NCBI RefSeq assembly: GCF_964355755.1
Contig: NC_092677.1
Span: 15,832,101 to 15,896,100 of the forward strand
Length of the DNA: 64,000 bases
Direction: 5' to 3'
From: Antedon mediterranea
Lineage: Eukaryota > Animalia > Echinodermata
A program made the position numbers and the translations under genes. Positions 37,831 to 50,969 of this stretch are shown here, one piece after another (positions within the stretch are counted from its first letter, which is position 1; each line of letters begins with the position of its first letter). Under the pieces are notes generated by a model. It worked only from the letters and a program-made list of their open reading frames with translations, did not search any database and was not told the DNA's origin.

Positions 37831-38363
37831 TCTATTGACTTTGGAGAAATTTAATTAAAAAAGTAGGCCTATATATAATAATAGTAAGAAGAGGTAACAC
37901 ATTTTACGGGCCTGTCGCTCACTAGGCATTCTTGAATTTCAAGTTTGTTATTATTTTTTTTAAATTGTATTGTTCAATGTGTGAATAAATCAATGAACAC
38001 GGCAGAATAGAAGAAATTGAATTGAAACATGAAAGGGAAAAACGAATCTGTAGGCCTAAGGTTGCAACTTCAAAGGAGTTGAAAATGAATATTACATTTT
38101 ACAATACTGTAGGTCCTATTATTGTAGCCTACTTGGGTCAGTGGCCTACATACTATTTAATAAATGAATGAACCATGGATTTATTTATTTTGTTCATGAT
38201 CGAACCAAACCAAACGATGACGCTAATGATTTTTACCAGTTGACGCTTGTTTCGCGGCTGCTGACGCTTTGTTATATGCAAGCTGACAATGCACAGAAAA
38301 GGTTGTTTACCTCTTCTGTGCGACTGCGCATGCCCTCTGTCTTTTGTTTTTGGCGTACCGGCC

Positions 38364-39560
38364 GCGATTTTTTTTTTCGTACATAAGTTGGGGACCCCCT
38401 CATGAAACGTCACAAAATAAACATGAATAATTCATCAGTTAAATTTTCTTGTTCCGTGTGCACCCAAGCGTATAGCAACAAGAAGTGATTACACAAGTGC
38501 GGTACGATTCTAGGCCTATCTCCGCTGATTTCATAATAGAATAGCGGAGTTTTGTGTGGATTGTCGAAATAATCAGCCTTTAGTTTATGGTGTTTTTAAT
38601 CTAGTTTATTACTAAAGAATTACGTGTTAAAATTATAGTTTCTATTGATACTATTAGGCCTAATTACTAGTCTCTAAACCCCTGTATATTCTAGTAGTAG
38701 CTGTGTGGGTGTGTGTGACTTGTGTCTTTGGGCTATGTCCAATTACTACTTAGTTTAATGTTTTGCCTAGCTGTCGATTAGCCTCGACACATTTTGCATA
38801 GTGGACGTGTGTGTGAAGAAGAGTGTGCGCGAAGGCAATCACGTGAATTGACCTAGAATCCTAGGCCTATTATTGTAGAAAGAATCGTATCGCAGTTGTT
38901 GTTCCGTGTGCACCCAAGCGTTCTTGGATATAGCCCAAAGAAAGCTTAGACCCACAAGAATAAAGAATGTGTATAATTTGTGTACTGTATTTTTTTAATT
39001 CTGCTATCAATTATCAAACAATATGCAATGTACTCAAAGAACTTTAAAAATGCGCGTATATGAACACATGAGATGGGAAGATTTGACCCACGAGAATAAA
39101 AAATGTATTTTTGTGTAATGTGTATTGTTTAATTTTGCTGACTTATTACTCGGATTGTGTCATACCAAAGATAGTTACACTATCTTTGGTCATACCTAAC
39201 ACACACACACGTCACACACATCCACACAGCTACTACTAGAATAGACATGGGTTTAGAGACTAATAATTAGGCCTAATAGTATTAATAGAAACTATAATTT
39301 TAACACGTAATTCTTTAGTAATAAATTATATTAAAAACACCATAAACTAAAGGCCGATTATTTCGACAATCCACACAAAACGCCGCTATTCTTCAACAGC
39401 GGAGATAGGCCTAGAATCGTACCGCACTCGTGTAATCACTTCTTGTTGCTATACGCTTGGGTGCACACGGAACAAGAAAATTTAACTGATGAATTATTCA
39501 TGTTTATTTTGTGACGTTTCATGAGGGGGTCCCCAACTTATGTACGAAAAAAAAAATCGC
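38364..39560. mobile_element. Foldback/MULE-like non-autonomous transposon (1.2 kb, TIRs of about 360 bp)
   Basis: 38364-~38726 is the near-perfect reverse complement of ~39200-39560. The direct repeat GTACCGGCC lies at 38355-38363 and 39561-39569 (9-bp TSD; the boundary is ambiguous by +/-2). Confidence 0.85.
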
Positions 39561-39630
39561 GTACCGGCCGCCGTGTGTTTTTGTTTTGAACTTTGTATTT
39601 AAATTAAATGTTATTTTACTTACTTAGAAA

Positions 39631-42600
39631 ATGAATTTAGAACTGTTGGGTAAGTACCCATTACGTTGACTAACATGAAAATGCGTACAGAATTATTGTT
39701 TAAGATTCTAAGCTGGTTAGGTCTAGCTAGGCTAGGCCCTAGCTCTAGGCTATGTATGCCCAACTTTACTGAACTGACTCTTCGCGTTGTGAGCCGAGGT
39801 TCAGTCAGATCACATACCTACTAGAGGCGTAGGCCTAGACTTTTTTGTTGCTAAAATGTCAACCATCTTATCAACATATTAATACTAACTAATACACTAC
39901 TAGCCTAGCTAGCCCAAATTTGAATGAACAGTGCTGGTACCTATTTATTTATGTGTGTGCACTCCAATGTATTATGTGTGGTACAACAAATTTTACAAAT
40001 TTATAATATTATTATTAGATTTTTTGTTTCTTTTGTCATGTAGAGTCATTTGGTCAAAATTATCCTGAGGTAAGTAGAAAAATGAAGAAAGATTTTTGTT
40101 TATAGTTAAAAAATATTGCAACATTCTTTCTTGTTACTGTTTGTTAGTGAAAAAAATTACAATGAAGTACTGTAATTGCACATTTTTAATCTGCACACTT
40201 TTACATGTATTTGTAGGAAAGTGATGGCACCCTGGACTGTATCAGTATTGCACTAACATGTTGCTTCAACAAGAGAGGGAGCCTTCTTGCTGTTGGTTGT
40301 AACGATGGCAGGATCGTAATCTGGGATTTTTTGACCAGAGGTATTTGTAAGATCATCAGTGCTCATGTTCACCCTGTATGCTCACTGAGGCAAGTGTCAC
40401 GACAAAAATGAATGTATTATACCCTTTTCACACCTGCAAAAAGTAACAACTTGTAACCATGTTTCGCATAGTGTGAAGACAATTTTGTGGAAATTTCACT
40501 GGGTCCCTTGTGAAATCTCAGGAGAAAACACACAGATGAGAGGCCTGTTTTTGTTCCGTGTGTGTATTTCCCTGGTATTAAAATGACGGTTCCAGGACGA
40601 TTCGGCCTGGGACTATTCGGCCCAGTTTTGGGCCAAAACATCCCACTTTGTGGGCCGAAACGTCTCACTTTAGACCAAATTCATATTAAATTTTTTTTTT
40701 GTATTTATCGAGTTTTTAAAGGTGTTTATCAATCCGTATTTTATTGATATTGACAATGTTGATATAAAAAAACGTAATTTTATATTCAATGTATTATTTC
40801 GTGCATTCGCCAAGTGGCCAACAGAGGGCGTAACTTGTTTACATCATCATTTTCGACAATGTTTTCAAAATATTTGCTTTATTGCATCTTTATTCCTAGT
40901 AGTACTACCCTATTGTCTCTCTGAAAATAAAGTTTGGGGAAAAAGCTTATTTTATGCTTATAAAATGCATATCAAAGCCGATAAATTTAACTGTGCCGAA
41001 TCGTCTCAGGGCCGAATCGTCCCGGGCCGAATAGTCGCGGGCCGAATCGTCTCGTTACCAAAATGACCAATCATAGGAATCAACTATGCTTTCTCCCGAG
41101 ATCTCTCATGGTTCGCGGTGTTAGTACACTCACAGCCACTGATCATACCTGGGCCCTCTGAGAGACCAGTCTTTGACTGCAGAGGTGATCCAGTATAAAT
41201 AAATAATAAAAATAATAATAGTGTCCAATATATATAAAATGATTACATTTTGTGTTTGTTTATTCTTTCAGTTGGAGTCGAAACGGTCACAAACTGTTGA
41301 GTGCATCTACTGACAACATGGTCTCAATATGGGATGTTCTATCTGGTGACTGTGATTACCGCTTCAGATTTCCTTCTCCAGTTCTGAAGGTTATGTTTAA
41401 TCCACGAAAAAGGTACAAAAATTTAACCACTTTCTGTATGACTACAATTAATATCAAGAAGTGATAAAATACTAATACAATTGTATCAGAAAGCTTGGTA
41501 AATCATGTCAATCAATGAATTCTACTACAGTTAAAAACGTGTTGGAATACTATATTGTGTATATATGCATGTGACTGAGCATTTATTCAAGGAAATAAAA
41601 ACCCCGGGTGTTTATTTGAGGGGGAATTTATTCGAGGCAGGCATTTACTCAAAGCAGGACTATTGAATAAATATGGTAAATTGTGCTGATAATATGGGTG
41701 GAAATAGTCTAAAGAAAAAAAAAATATTATATCCAAAATCTGCCAATTGTAAATGGTCTAATTTGCATACAATGAGTGTCACTTTATTTTGTTGTCACTG
41801 TAGAGATCAAATGCTTGTTTGTCCTATGAAGCACACCCCAGTGGTGCTTAGCACTGATGGCACACATTCAGATATACAACTAGAAGAAGACGTAAGTTTA
41901 ACAGAATAAACATTGACAATGGTTTGATAGTAAAGAGGCTTCTTGGTGCAGAAGCACCTGCCCATAGTACAAACCTAATCCTTGTTGGCTTAAGTTAATT
42001 TCCTCAAAAAACATTTTTACTTGTAACTTTTGTATTGTCTTATTATTCTATATTTGTATGGTACCAGGCATAGCTCTGTAAATTCCCAAAAAGGAAATTA
42101 CACCCTAAAGCTCTGTCTACACTATCAAAATGTATGTGACAACAAATGTGATGGACCTGTATATGGACATGATGATGTCAGTTCACTACCATATTTGGGC
42201 ACATTACACTTAAGAGGTCTCCTAATTAGTTAATTATAACTATTGAGTAATTCATACTTAATATATATAAATATTTTATTTGCAGTCTGATCTAAATATT
42301 GTTGCAACATTCGACCGCAGAGGAAGTCATATTTATTCGGGCAATGCCAAAGGAAAGGTAACAAGATTTGTTGTGACAATCACTAATATAGTATTGTAAA
42401 CACGGTTTAGTTTATAACCAGTTATAATAGGTCTCCTTATTGACTGGTTGTGTACTAACCCGTTATAATAGGTCTCCTTATTGACTGGTTGTGTACTAAC
42501 CAGTTATAATAGGTCTCCTTATTGACTGGTTGTGTACTAACCAGTTATAATAGGTCTCCTTATTGACTGGTTGTGTACTAACCAGTTATAATAGGTCTCC

Positions 42601-45600
42601 TTATTGACTGGTTGTGTACTAACCAGTTATAATAGGTCTCCTTATTGACTGGTTGTGTACTAACCAGTTATAATAGGTCTCCTTATTGACTGGTTGTGTA
42701 CTAACCAGTTATAATAGGTCTCCTTATTGACTGGTTGTGTACTAACCAGTTATAATAGGTCTCCTTATTGACTGGTTGTGTACTAACCAGTTATAATAGG
42801 TCTCCTTATTGACTGGTTGTGTACTAACCAGTTATAATAGGTCTCATTATTGACTGGTTGTGTACTAACCAGTTATAATAGGTCTCCTTATTGAGTGGTT
42901 GTGTACTAACCAGTTATAATAGGTCTCCTTATTGAGTGGTTGTGTACTAACCAGTTATAATAGGTCTCCTTATTGACTGGTTGTGTACTAACCAGTTATA
43001 ATAGGTCTCCTTATTGAGTGGTTGTGTACTAACCAGTTATAATAGGTCTCCTTATTGACTGGTTGTGTACTAACCAGTTATAATAGGTCTCCTTATTGAC
43101 TGGTTGTGTACTAACCAGTTATAATAGGTCTCCTTATTGACTGGTTGTGTACTAACCAGTTATAATAGGTCTCATTATTGACTGGTTGTGTACTAACCAG
43201 TTATAATAGGTCTCCTTATTGAGTGGTTGTGTACTAAGCAGTTATAATAGGTCTCCTTATTGACTGGTTGTGTACTAACCAGTTATAATAGGTCTCCTTA
43301 TTGACTGGTTGTGTACTAACCAGTTATAATAGGTCTCCTTATTGACTGGTTGTGTACTAACCAGTTATAATAGGTCTCCTTATTGACTGGTTGTGTACTA
43401 ACCAGTTATAATAGGTCTCCTTATTGAGTGGTTGTGTACTAACCAGTTATAATAGGTCTCCTTATTGACTGGTTGTGTACTAACCAGTTATAATAGGTCT
43501 CCTTATTGAGTGGTTGTGTACTAACCAGTTATAATAGGTCTCCTTATTGACTGGTTGTGTACTAACCAGTTATAATAGGTCTCCTTATTGAGTGGTTGTG
43601 TACTAACCAGTTATAATAGGTCTCCTTATTGACTGGTTGTGTACTAACCAGTTATAATAGGTCTCCTTATTGAGTGGTTGTGTACTAACCAGTTATAATA
43701 GGTTTCCTTATTGACTGGTTATATACTAAATTTGTAACAATTGTGTTTTTATCTTGAAACTAAAGGTCATAGTTGTGAACACAAAAACACTGAAAGTTGA
43801 TGCAAGTTTCAAAGTTAGTACAGGTTCCAGCAATACAACAGCAATCAAATCTATTGAATTTGCAAGAAGAGGAGAGTAAGTAAATATACAGTAGGCAGTT
43901 TGGGCAACCTTTGTGTGCGTATGAGTAAAACTTAGGTACTACGTCACACATTCTGTGTAGCTTTACTTAAATACTGTACATGATACTCGTTTTCTATGCA
44001 GATTTATTCGTTGAAAATTAAGTTGATAAAGGTGGCATAGATTATATTTTACCAAGAACATTTGACCTAAAGCTCTGTTTACACTATCAAACATTATGTG
44101 ACAAACAAATGTGATGTGCCCATATACATGATGTTGGCATATCACAACCATATTTGGGCACTAGTTTAATAGTGTAGACAGATAGCCAACCCATCGATGT
44201 TCAAGTGGTTATGTTTTATTTTATATCTGCATTATTAAAAATAGTAACTCTCTTTTCTTCTCCCTTGTGTCAGTTGTTTCCTAGTAAATACTGCTGACCG
44301 TGTGATCCGAGTTTACGAAAGTCGGGAAGTATTAGCATGTGGCAAAGATGGTGAGCCAGAACCAATTCAAAAACTGCAGGATCTGGTAAATAGGACAGCA
44401 TGGAAGAAATGCTGTTTCTCAGGGGATGGAGAATACATTGTTGCAGGTATGGTATGCAGCAAAAAATCAAAAGAATAACAGTTTAACATGATTGGCTGCA
44501 TATTATAGGTTCAAATTCTGACATAGGCATAGACTAGTACCACAGTATGTTTAGGGATCATGTGAAAATTATGTTACTGCAGTAACTATATTTTTACTGC
44601 AGCTGATATAAATATGCAGGTCATGGGTTAAAATTCTGACATAAGCATCTAGACTAGTACTAGAGTATTTTTAGGGATCATGTCTAAAATAATCTTACTG
44701 CAGTAACTCAAGTTTTTACTGCAGCTGCTGTAAATCCTCAGGTCATGGGTTAAAATTCTGACATAAGCATCTAGACTAGTACTAGAGTATTTTAGGGATC
44801 ATGTCTAAAATAATCTTACTGCAGTAACTCAAGTTTTTACTGCAGCTGCTGTAAATCCTCAGGTCATGGGTTCAAATTCTAAAATAGGCATAGACTAGTA
44901 CTAGAGTATTTTTGGGGATCATGTCAAAATGATCTTACTGCAGTAACTCAAAAGTTTTTACTGTAGCTGCTGTAAACCTGCAGGTCATGGGTTCAAATTC
45001 TGACAAAGGCATAGATAGTACTAGAGTTGTCTATGGGATCATGTCAAAAGTATGTTACTGCAGTAACAAAATGATTTTAGTTTTTGCAATGGTTACAATG
45101 AAGCAGTTTGTGAGGCATTCATGCAATAAACAGTGTGTATATGTTTATCCAAAGAAAGTTTGCTAAATAATTGCATAAAAAAAATGTAGTACTGCAGTAA
45201 CTGCAGTAGAATAATTTTGACATGGTCCCTTAGGCAAATGCTTTCCTGAATTTGTCATGTCATTTGCCATGTACTATTTGTGAGTCCAATGTACATAAAT
45301 GCACGATTTTACTTTAAAAAGAGTATTTTCTCCCTGCCTGCTGACAATGAATGATTGTAGCTGCATTGTGACTGAAATCCTCAGTAAATGGAGGAATGTT
45401 TAATTGACATAAGTCTTTTTTATATGAAGGTTCTGCCAGACAGCATGCTCTTTACATATGGGAGAAGAAATATGGTAACTTAGTCAAGATCCTTCATGGC
45501 ACCAGAGGTGAACTGCTATTGGACGTTGTGTGGCATCCTGTTCGACCAATCATTGCATCTGTTTCTAGTGGCGTTGTGTCACTATGGGCACAGAATCAAG

Positions 45601-48134
45601 TAGTATGTATTGGTCTTTTACCGATCTCTTTTAGACTGAATTTATAAAAAAAACTTTTTTTTATAGGCATGTTTATATTAGGACAATAACAAACGATGAA
45701 TAGAAGATAATTGCATATTTAAATCAAAAGGCAAATTACTGAAAAAATGACAATGCTGTGGTATCATTGACTGGATCTCAATGGAGATACAAATAAAGCA
45801 AGGAAAGAATTTGTAGAGCTTTCTTGCAACTCTAACCCTTCCTCAGTGCAAAGTATATTTATCTATTTATCATGGGTAGTGTGAACAGGCCTTAAATCGG
45901 TATCATCACGTACTAGCTTAAAACGTAGTTACTTAACAGATGCATAACTGTTTTTGCCAGGAAAATTGGAGTGCATATGCTCCTGACTTTAAAGAACTCG
46001 ATGAGAATGTTGAGTATGAAGAACGTGAGAGCGAGTTTGATATTGAAGATGAAGACAAGTCTGTAGAAGATGCTGTTGGTAAGATGAGGCAACATTCTTT
46101 GAAATCTCTGTTTACACTATCAAACTAGTTGGACAAAAAAAGTGTGAAGTGCCCAAATATGGACATGGTAATGTCCTATCACTGCCATATTTGGGCACAC
46201 TTTTTTTGCCAAACTAGTTTAATAGTGCAGACAGAGCTTTAGAAATACATTTATTTATTATTGATACACAATTGTGAATTATAGATTGGCTACAGTTGTT
46301 CAAGTAAAATGCAAATTCTATTTCCAAATTTTCTTTGGCAACTGAATGAATACTTTTTGCTTTTTTTTGCTAGATGCTCGTCAACTTGAGGATGAGGAAG
46401 TTGATGTTGTTTCTGTGGATGCAATTGCAGCCTTCATGAGCAGGTAAAGTCGTCATGCTATCCGATAGATTTTGGAGCAGGAGCAGTCCAATGCAACTAT
46501 CACTTAAGAGTGCTAAACCAGGGGCCCTTGCCCACTGTGTTATGCCACTGCACTCTCCCCTTCTCCGATCTCGCAATTATAATAAATACAAATATTATTT
46601 AATAATTATTGTGCAATGATAATCAAATTTTGTAGTGACGAGGAAGATGAAGATTGTAGTGCATTGCTGTTTTTACCAGTTGCACCAGAGATAGAAGAAC
46701 CTGAGGAACCAAGCTGGGCACCTGCAACAGACCCTGTAAGTAAACAATGCATCTTACCATGACCACCACCACAGTAAGGAAGGTGGCTATACGTTTAATC
46801 TTGTACCCCTTCCACATCAACTAGCAAACAGTGTTTTGAAACACTGGGATGTCAACTTAGGATTTGTAGTTGATGTGAATAAAGATCAAACTGAACTGAA
46901 TGTTCTGTGCTGGGTGGAGACACGCCGGGAATGTTAAAAATACCAACTTTAAACTCCAGGATGTTGGGTCAAAGGGTTATCCTCACACAATATTGCTTTA
47001 TAGTTCATTTTAAAATACTTAAAATTAAAATTATTTGTACAAAATATATAGCAGTATAAATGAAATATTATATGACTTCCTTATTATACAATAAAAATAT
47101 TATTAATTAAAATGATTTTGATTATCATCGCGATGCTAACAACAGAATAGAGAGCAGTATTTACAATTTTGCTTAAAACCCCTGGGTTGGTAGGTCGATG
47201 GGAATGGCTTGTCCCCAGCGTTTCATAGAGAGTATCACTGCTGAGCTTAATGTGAAATGTGTATTGTTGTGTATCATTAATTAATAATAAAATACAACAT
47301 TTTTTAATTTTAGACTGATGAACCCCTGGCTGAAAAGCGTGCTGCTACAGGAGAATCAATAAGTCCGTCACCCAAAAAAAAGAAACTCAAAGCTGTTGAA
47401 GTAGATTTGAAAAATGCACCATCGGACGGTAAATCAAATACTGTTTTATTTTATATAATTTTATTCCAAAAACGGTTCAAAATCTACACAACTATACAAT
47501 TTTAAATATTCATAATATCTAGGCTTAAAAACTACTTCGTACTATGCAATATAAAATAGGTTGTCTTGTCCAATATCTTGCATCCACTCACTTCAAACAT
47601 AATTCACATTGTATAGTATATAAATTAAATAAAGGATTATATACATAAATAAATTGTACTATTATATTAATTCTGCAATTTAGTGATATGTCCTCATCAT
47701 CAACTTATTTAAAACATTAATTTACAATATAAAAACAGATAAATATATACATGGTACTAGCATATTAATTCTGAATCAGAAAGCGCCTAATGTTGTGAAA
47801 CCCATCTAGGCGCTGTAACTATACTGGTTTTGGATCAAACATGTATAGAAACATACTCCCATAATGCAGCTGGTAATGAACGCAAAGTTAGTGTATTGAC
47901 CGTAACATAAAAGGTAATTAGCTATATACATTTTCTGATCTTAAACAATACATTGTAATTTTCCCCCCAGAAATCCACCCTCTTGCACTGAGTAAAGGGG
48001 GCGAGGGCAAGATGAAGAAAAAGACTACAAATATTTCAAAGTCAAAAGTGAGTTCTCGAACAAAGGATGGAGTGTCTAAACACAGAAACATAAAACAGTC
48101 ATCCAAAAATAGATCATCAGATGCCCAGGATTGA
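39631..48134 (+). CDS. RBBP5: Retinoblastoma-binding protein 5 (COMPASS/MLL core subunit), 513 aa
   Basis: 14 exons totalling 1542 nt: 39631-39649, 40044-40069, 40217-40389, 41272-41412, 41804-41891, 42286-42357, 43766-43875, 44274-44446, 45430-45602, 45961-46078, 46374-46443, 46636-46735, 47314-47428, 47971-48134. Motifs: [50 protein letters not shown] and EEVDV. Confidence 0.96.
40588..41059. mobile_element. Non-autonomous DNA transposon with 15-bp subterminal tandem repeats (MULE/Rehavkus-like)
   Basis: Termini GGTTCCAGGACGATTCGGCC / GGCCGAATCGTCTCGTTACC, repeated gggccgaatcgtc units, and TSD AAAATGAC at 40580-40587 and 41060-41067. Confidence 0.75.
42415..43728. repeat. 41-bp minisatellite (ATAATAGGTCTCCTTATTGACTGGTTGTGTACTAACCAGTT), about 32 copies, RBBP5 intron 6
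   Basis: Directly visible and highly homogeneous. Confidence 0.97.
44507..45229. repeat. Tandem repeat of about 120 bp (about 5 copies) made of flank plus the left TIR of a Harbinger-like MITE
   Basis: Each unit contains gggatcatgt(c/g)aaaa...ttactgcagt. One inverted copy, actgcagtagaataattttgacatggtccc|tta, ends at 45229. Confidence 0.7.
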
Positions 48135-49267
48135 AATGTTAATTTATAATGTTGTTATGCCTAATTTAATGCTTGATTCCAAACACAAACCAAGAGGGTT
48201 GACCAATCAAAAGCGACAGTGGATGATTCATGTCTAATATGATTGGTCAAATTACTTGTGTTGCATCATCCAAGCAGGAACCAAGTTTAACATCAGTTAT
48301 GGATAGATATAATGATAATATGCAGGCAAATGTGGCCTCATGTTTATAGCCAGCCATTTTTCAAACCTACCAACTCTGTCAAGTGCTTGTATTGATTAAA
48401 AAAATAGTGATATCCTAAGGTAAAATTTGAAACTTTCACCATGAGGGAATATGAATAAGTTTGTAACATACACATAAACTAAAGTGATGGTTAGTGTTTC
48501 TTTTTTAAATGTAAAATTAAAGTACATATACTAAAAAGAAATAGAGGGAGGCCCATTTATACTAGGACAATAACTAGATAAATATGTATTTTTCTTATAT
48601 AAAAATTGATCATCCTAGAACTATAGGAAATCATGATTAACAGGGAGGTCATGCTAATCTTCACCCGGTATTATCAAGTACATGCTAACATAATATTTAA
48701 TTTTATTGTGATATTAAAAAAATCAAAATACTGATTATGTTTTTTCCGCAACTGAAGCCTCTGTGATAAGTGATGTTGACACGTTGTGACAAATGAAAAA
48801 TGTAACAATATTTTAACTGATTTTTAACTTGTTTCTGGTAAAAAAAAAATAAAGTTAAATTAAGCATGTACTTGACACCATTTCATATCATAAAATCCTA
48901 TCTAGGGATACCAAGCATACTAGGCGAAGATTAGCGCAACGATACAATTCTATTGTTGTTATTATATATATATATCAATTGTTTTTCCAAAGAGAGCATA
49001 TACAGTTCTAGAATGAATAAGTTTTCTAATTTTGTTTATGTAAGAAAATGTATGTTTATTTAATTTATCATGGTCAATCTTTATTTTCCAAGTGTGTAGC
49101 AGCATTAATGCTGCAATACACAGTATTTAGTTTAAATGTAGCATATTTTGAATATTAAAACATGTACAGTTGTATCAGTATGTTGTGTATTGTCTTGTAG
49201 TAATGCACCAACCCTGATAATCCTATAGAGGCTGTGACTATGGATTTAAAATGTAATATTATCCTGG

Positions 49268-49520
49268 ATTTATATAGCGCCTAATGGAACCGCTAAGCGC
49301 TGAACATTAATACCCCAGTCATTTTTTTAGGATCAAACACTATGGAAACATACTCCCATAATGCAGCTAGTAATCAGCGCAAAGTTGTGTTTATATAACC
49401 GGGTTCCCATATATACCTGGGTGGAGAGAGGGAAACGTAAGTAAAGTATCTTGCCTAAGGATACAAGCAATGCGGCGAGAGTTAGATTCGAACCTCCAAC
49501 ACACTGCTCCACACGGCCTT
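49268..49520 (-). mobile_element. CORE(MIR-like)-SINE with an L2-type tail
   Basis: acctgggtggagagagg...gtaaagtatcttgcctaaggatac, a reversed B box (gattcgaacc) and tail tttatatagcgc. Partial copies lie at about 47780-47895 and 51340-51500. Confidence 0.7.
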
Positions 49521-49787
49521 ACTAAAATTGATTCCTGTCATGTGATTGGATGAAGTGCCCTATCAATCACTGAACATTGCAGTGCGGCTCGCAACCCCAC
49601 AATTTTCCTCTGTGACGAGTGACACTAAATACTATGATGCAGACTTAGAAAATACAAAAAACAAATTAAAATATGCAGTCATATAAAGGTAAATACCTTC
49701 TTTAGAAAACAACAAATTTGGTATCATAGCCTATCATTCAATCAAAATGAAATGACTAGAATCCACTTGTTATATATATACACTCAT

Positions 49788-50842
49788 CAGGGCCGTAGCC
49801 AGGATCTGTCAAGGGGGGGTTCGGAAACTAAATATTTGGGTCAAACCCCCCCCCCCCCTGGGGGTGGGGCCTGATGCGAAGCGAATTTTGTTAAATGACA
49901 CCCCTAGATGGCCGGAAAAGACACTCGTGCAGCATGCTACCAATGAGCAAAAAGATCGTACATTTTTCCTTCTTCTCAAACACGTCGATAATTTAAAGGA
50001 CGATAACTATTTGTTGCCGTATGTTAGATGCGCGTGCTCTGTGCGGAACCGCCGATTGTTTGATCATTTACTCCGTATTTTGTTTTGCGTTCAAGTTCAA
50101 TGCGAACGTACATCTAGGAGCAGCCCCGAAAAAAGCACACTGGTTGAAGGCAAATGCTATTTGCTAGCTCTATCTATAATATTTATTTACAGCAATTTGT
50201 TGAGGAATATAAATATGTAAATAGGTGATATTGATACATTTTAGTACGTATCGGCTGGTGGTCTAGAAAAAAATAATCGGATGCCATAATGTGAACTACA
50301 GTACTTGATACCATAGATATTATAGTGTAAAATATTAATATTCACTATAATCCTCTATGATACATTATACTTCATAGTCACACATAAATACTGATGTACG
50401 TCGGAAGGCAATATACTTAATGCATGCTGCCTGACTGCCAGTGATCTAAACAATTATAGGTACGCAGTTGTCTGGCGGTGTCCTTTGTACGAATCGTTCG
50501 TGCCCCAGTTCGCTATGAGACGCGTCAATATCATGTTACATGCAGGGACCAAACATTTATTTTTCAGGTTAAAATCGGCAATTCATTTGCAGCTTTTAGA
50601 AATTTACAGACACATATCGCTAATTGACGCTCATACAGAGAAGAAGGTTCACGAACAAGTTTACAAATTTTTCAATTTACAAACAACTTTTTGTACTGTG
50701 GGGCACGTATTTGGAGGATTTTTGGAGATGAGGGTGAGGTATTGGGCATGTCGGGGATGGGGGTTCGCAGTCGGTTAAGGGGGGTTTGCTGTAAAGGGGG
50801 GGTTCGCCCGAACCATAAAAACCCCCCCTGGCTACGGGCCTG
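49788..50842. mobile_element. hAT-type non-autonomous transposon with a 5-bp TSD (hAT5-like)
   Basis: TIRs CAGGGCCGTAGCCAGG / CCTGGCTACGGGCCTG, with CTCAT at 49783-49787 and 50843-50847. Confidence 0.8.
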
Positions 50843-50969
50843 CTCATAAACATTCATTATTTGTATATTATATTAGCTACTGTATTGGTAATTCACCTCG
50901 TATAAAAAACACTGTATAAAATAAATTATTACAAGTGCTATTGCAGTATTATGATCGGCCGCCCCACAG

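Noticed and set aside
49536-49580. Hairpin downstream of OAF (minus strand gtgattg...caatcac) as a SECIS
   Set aside because: It lacks the apical AA and a convincing UGA/GA quartet geometry by eye; a covariance search is needed.
49864-50857. ORFs inside the hAT element
   Set aside because: They are short, with no transposase (BED, DDE or dimerisation) motifs.
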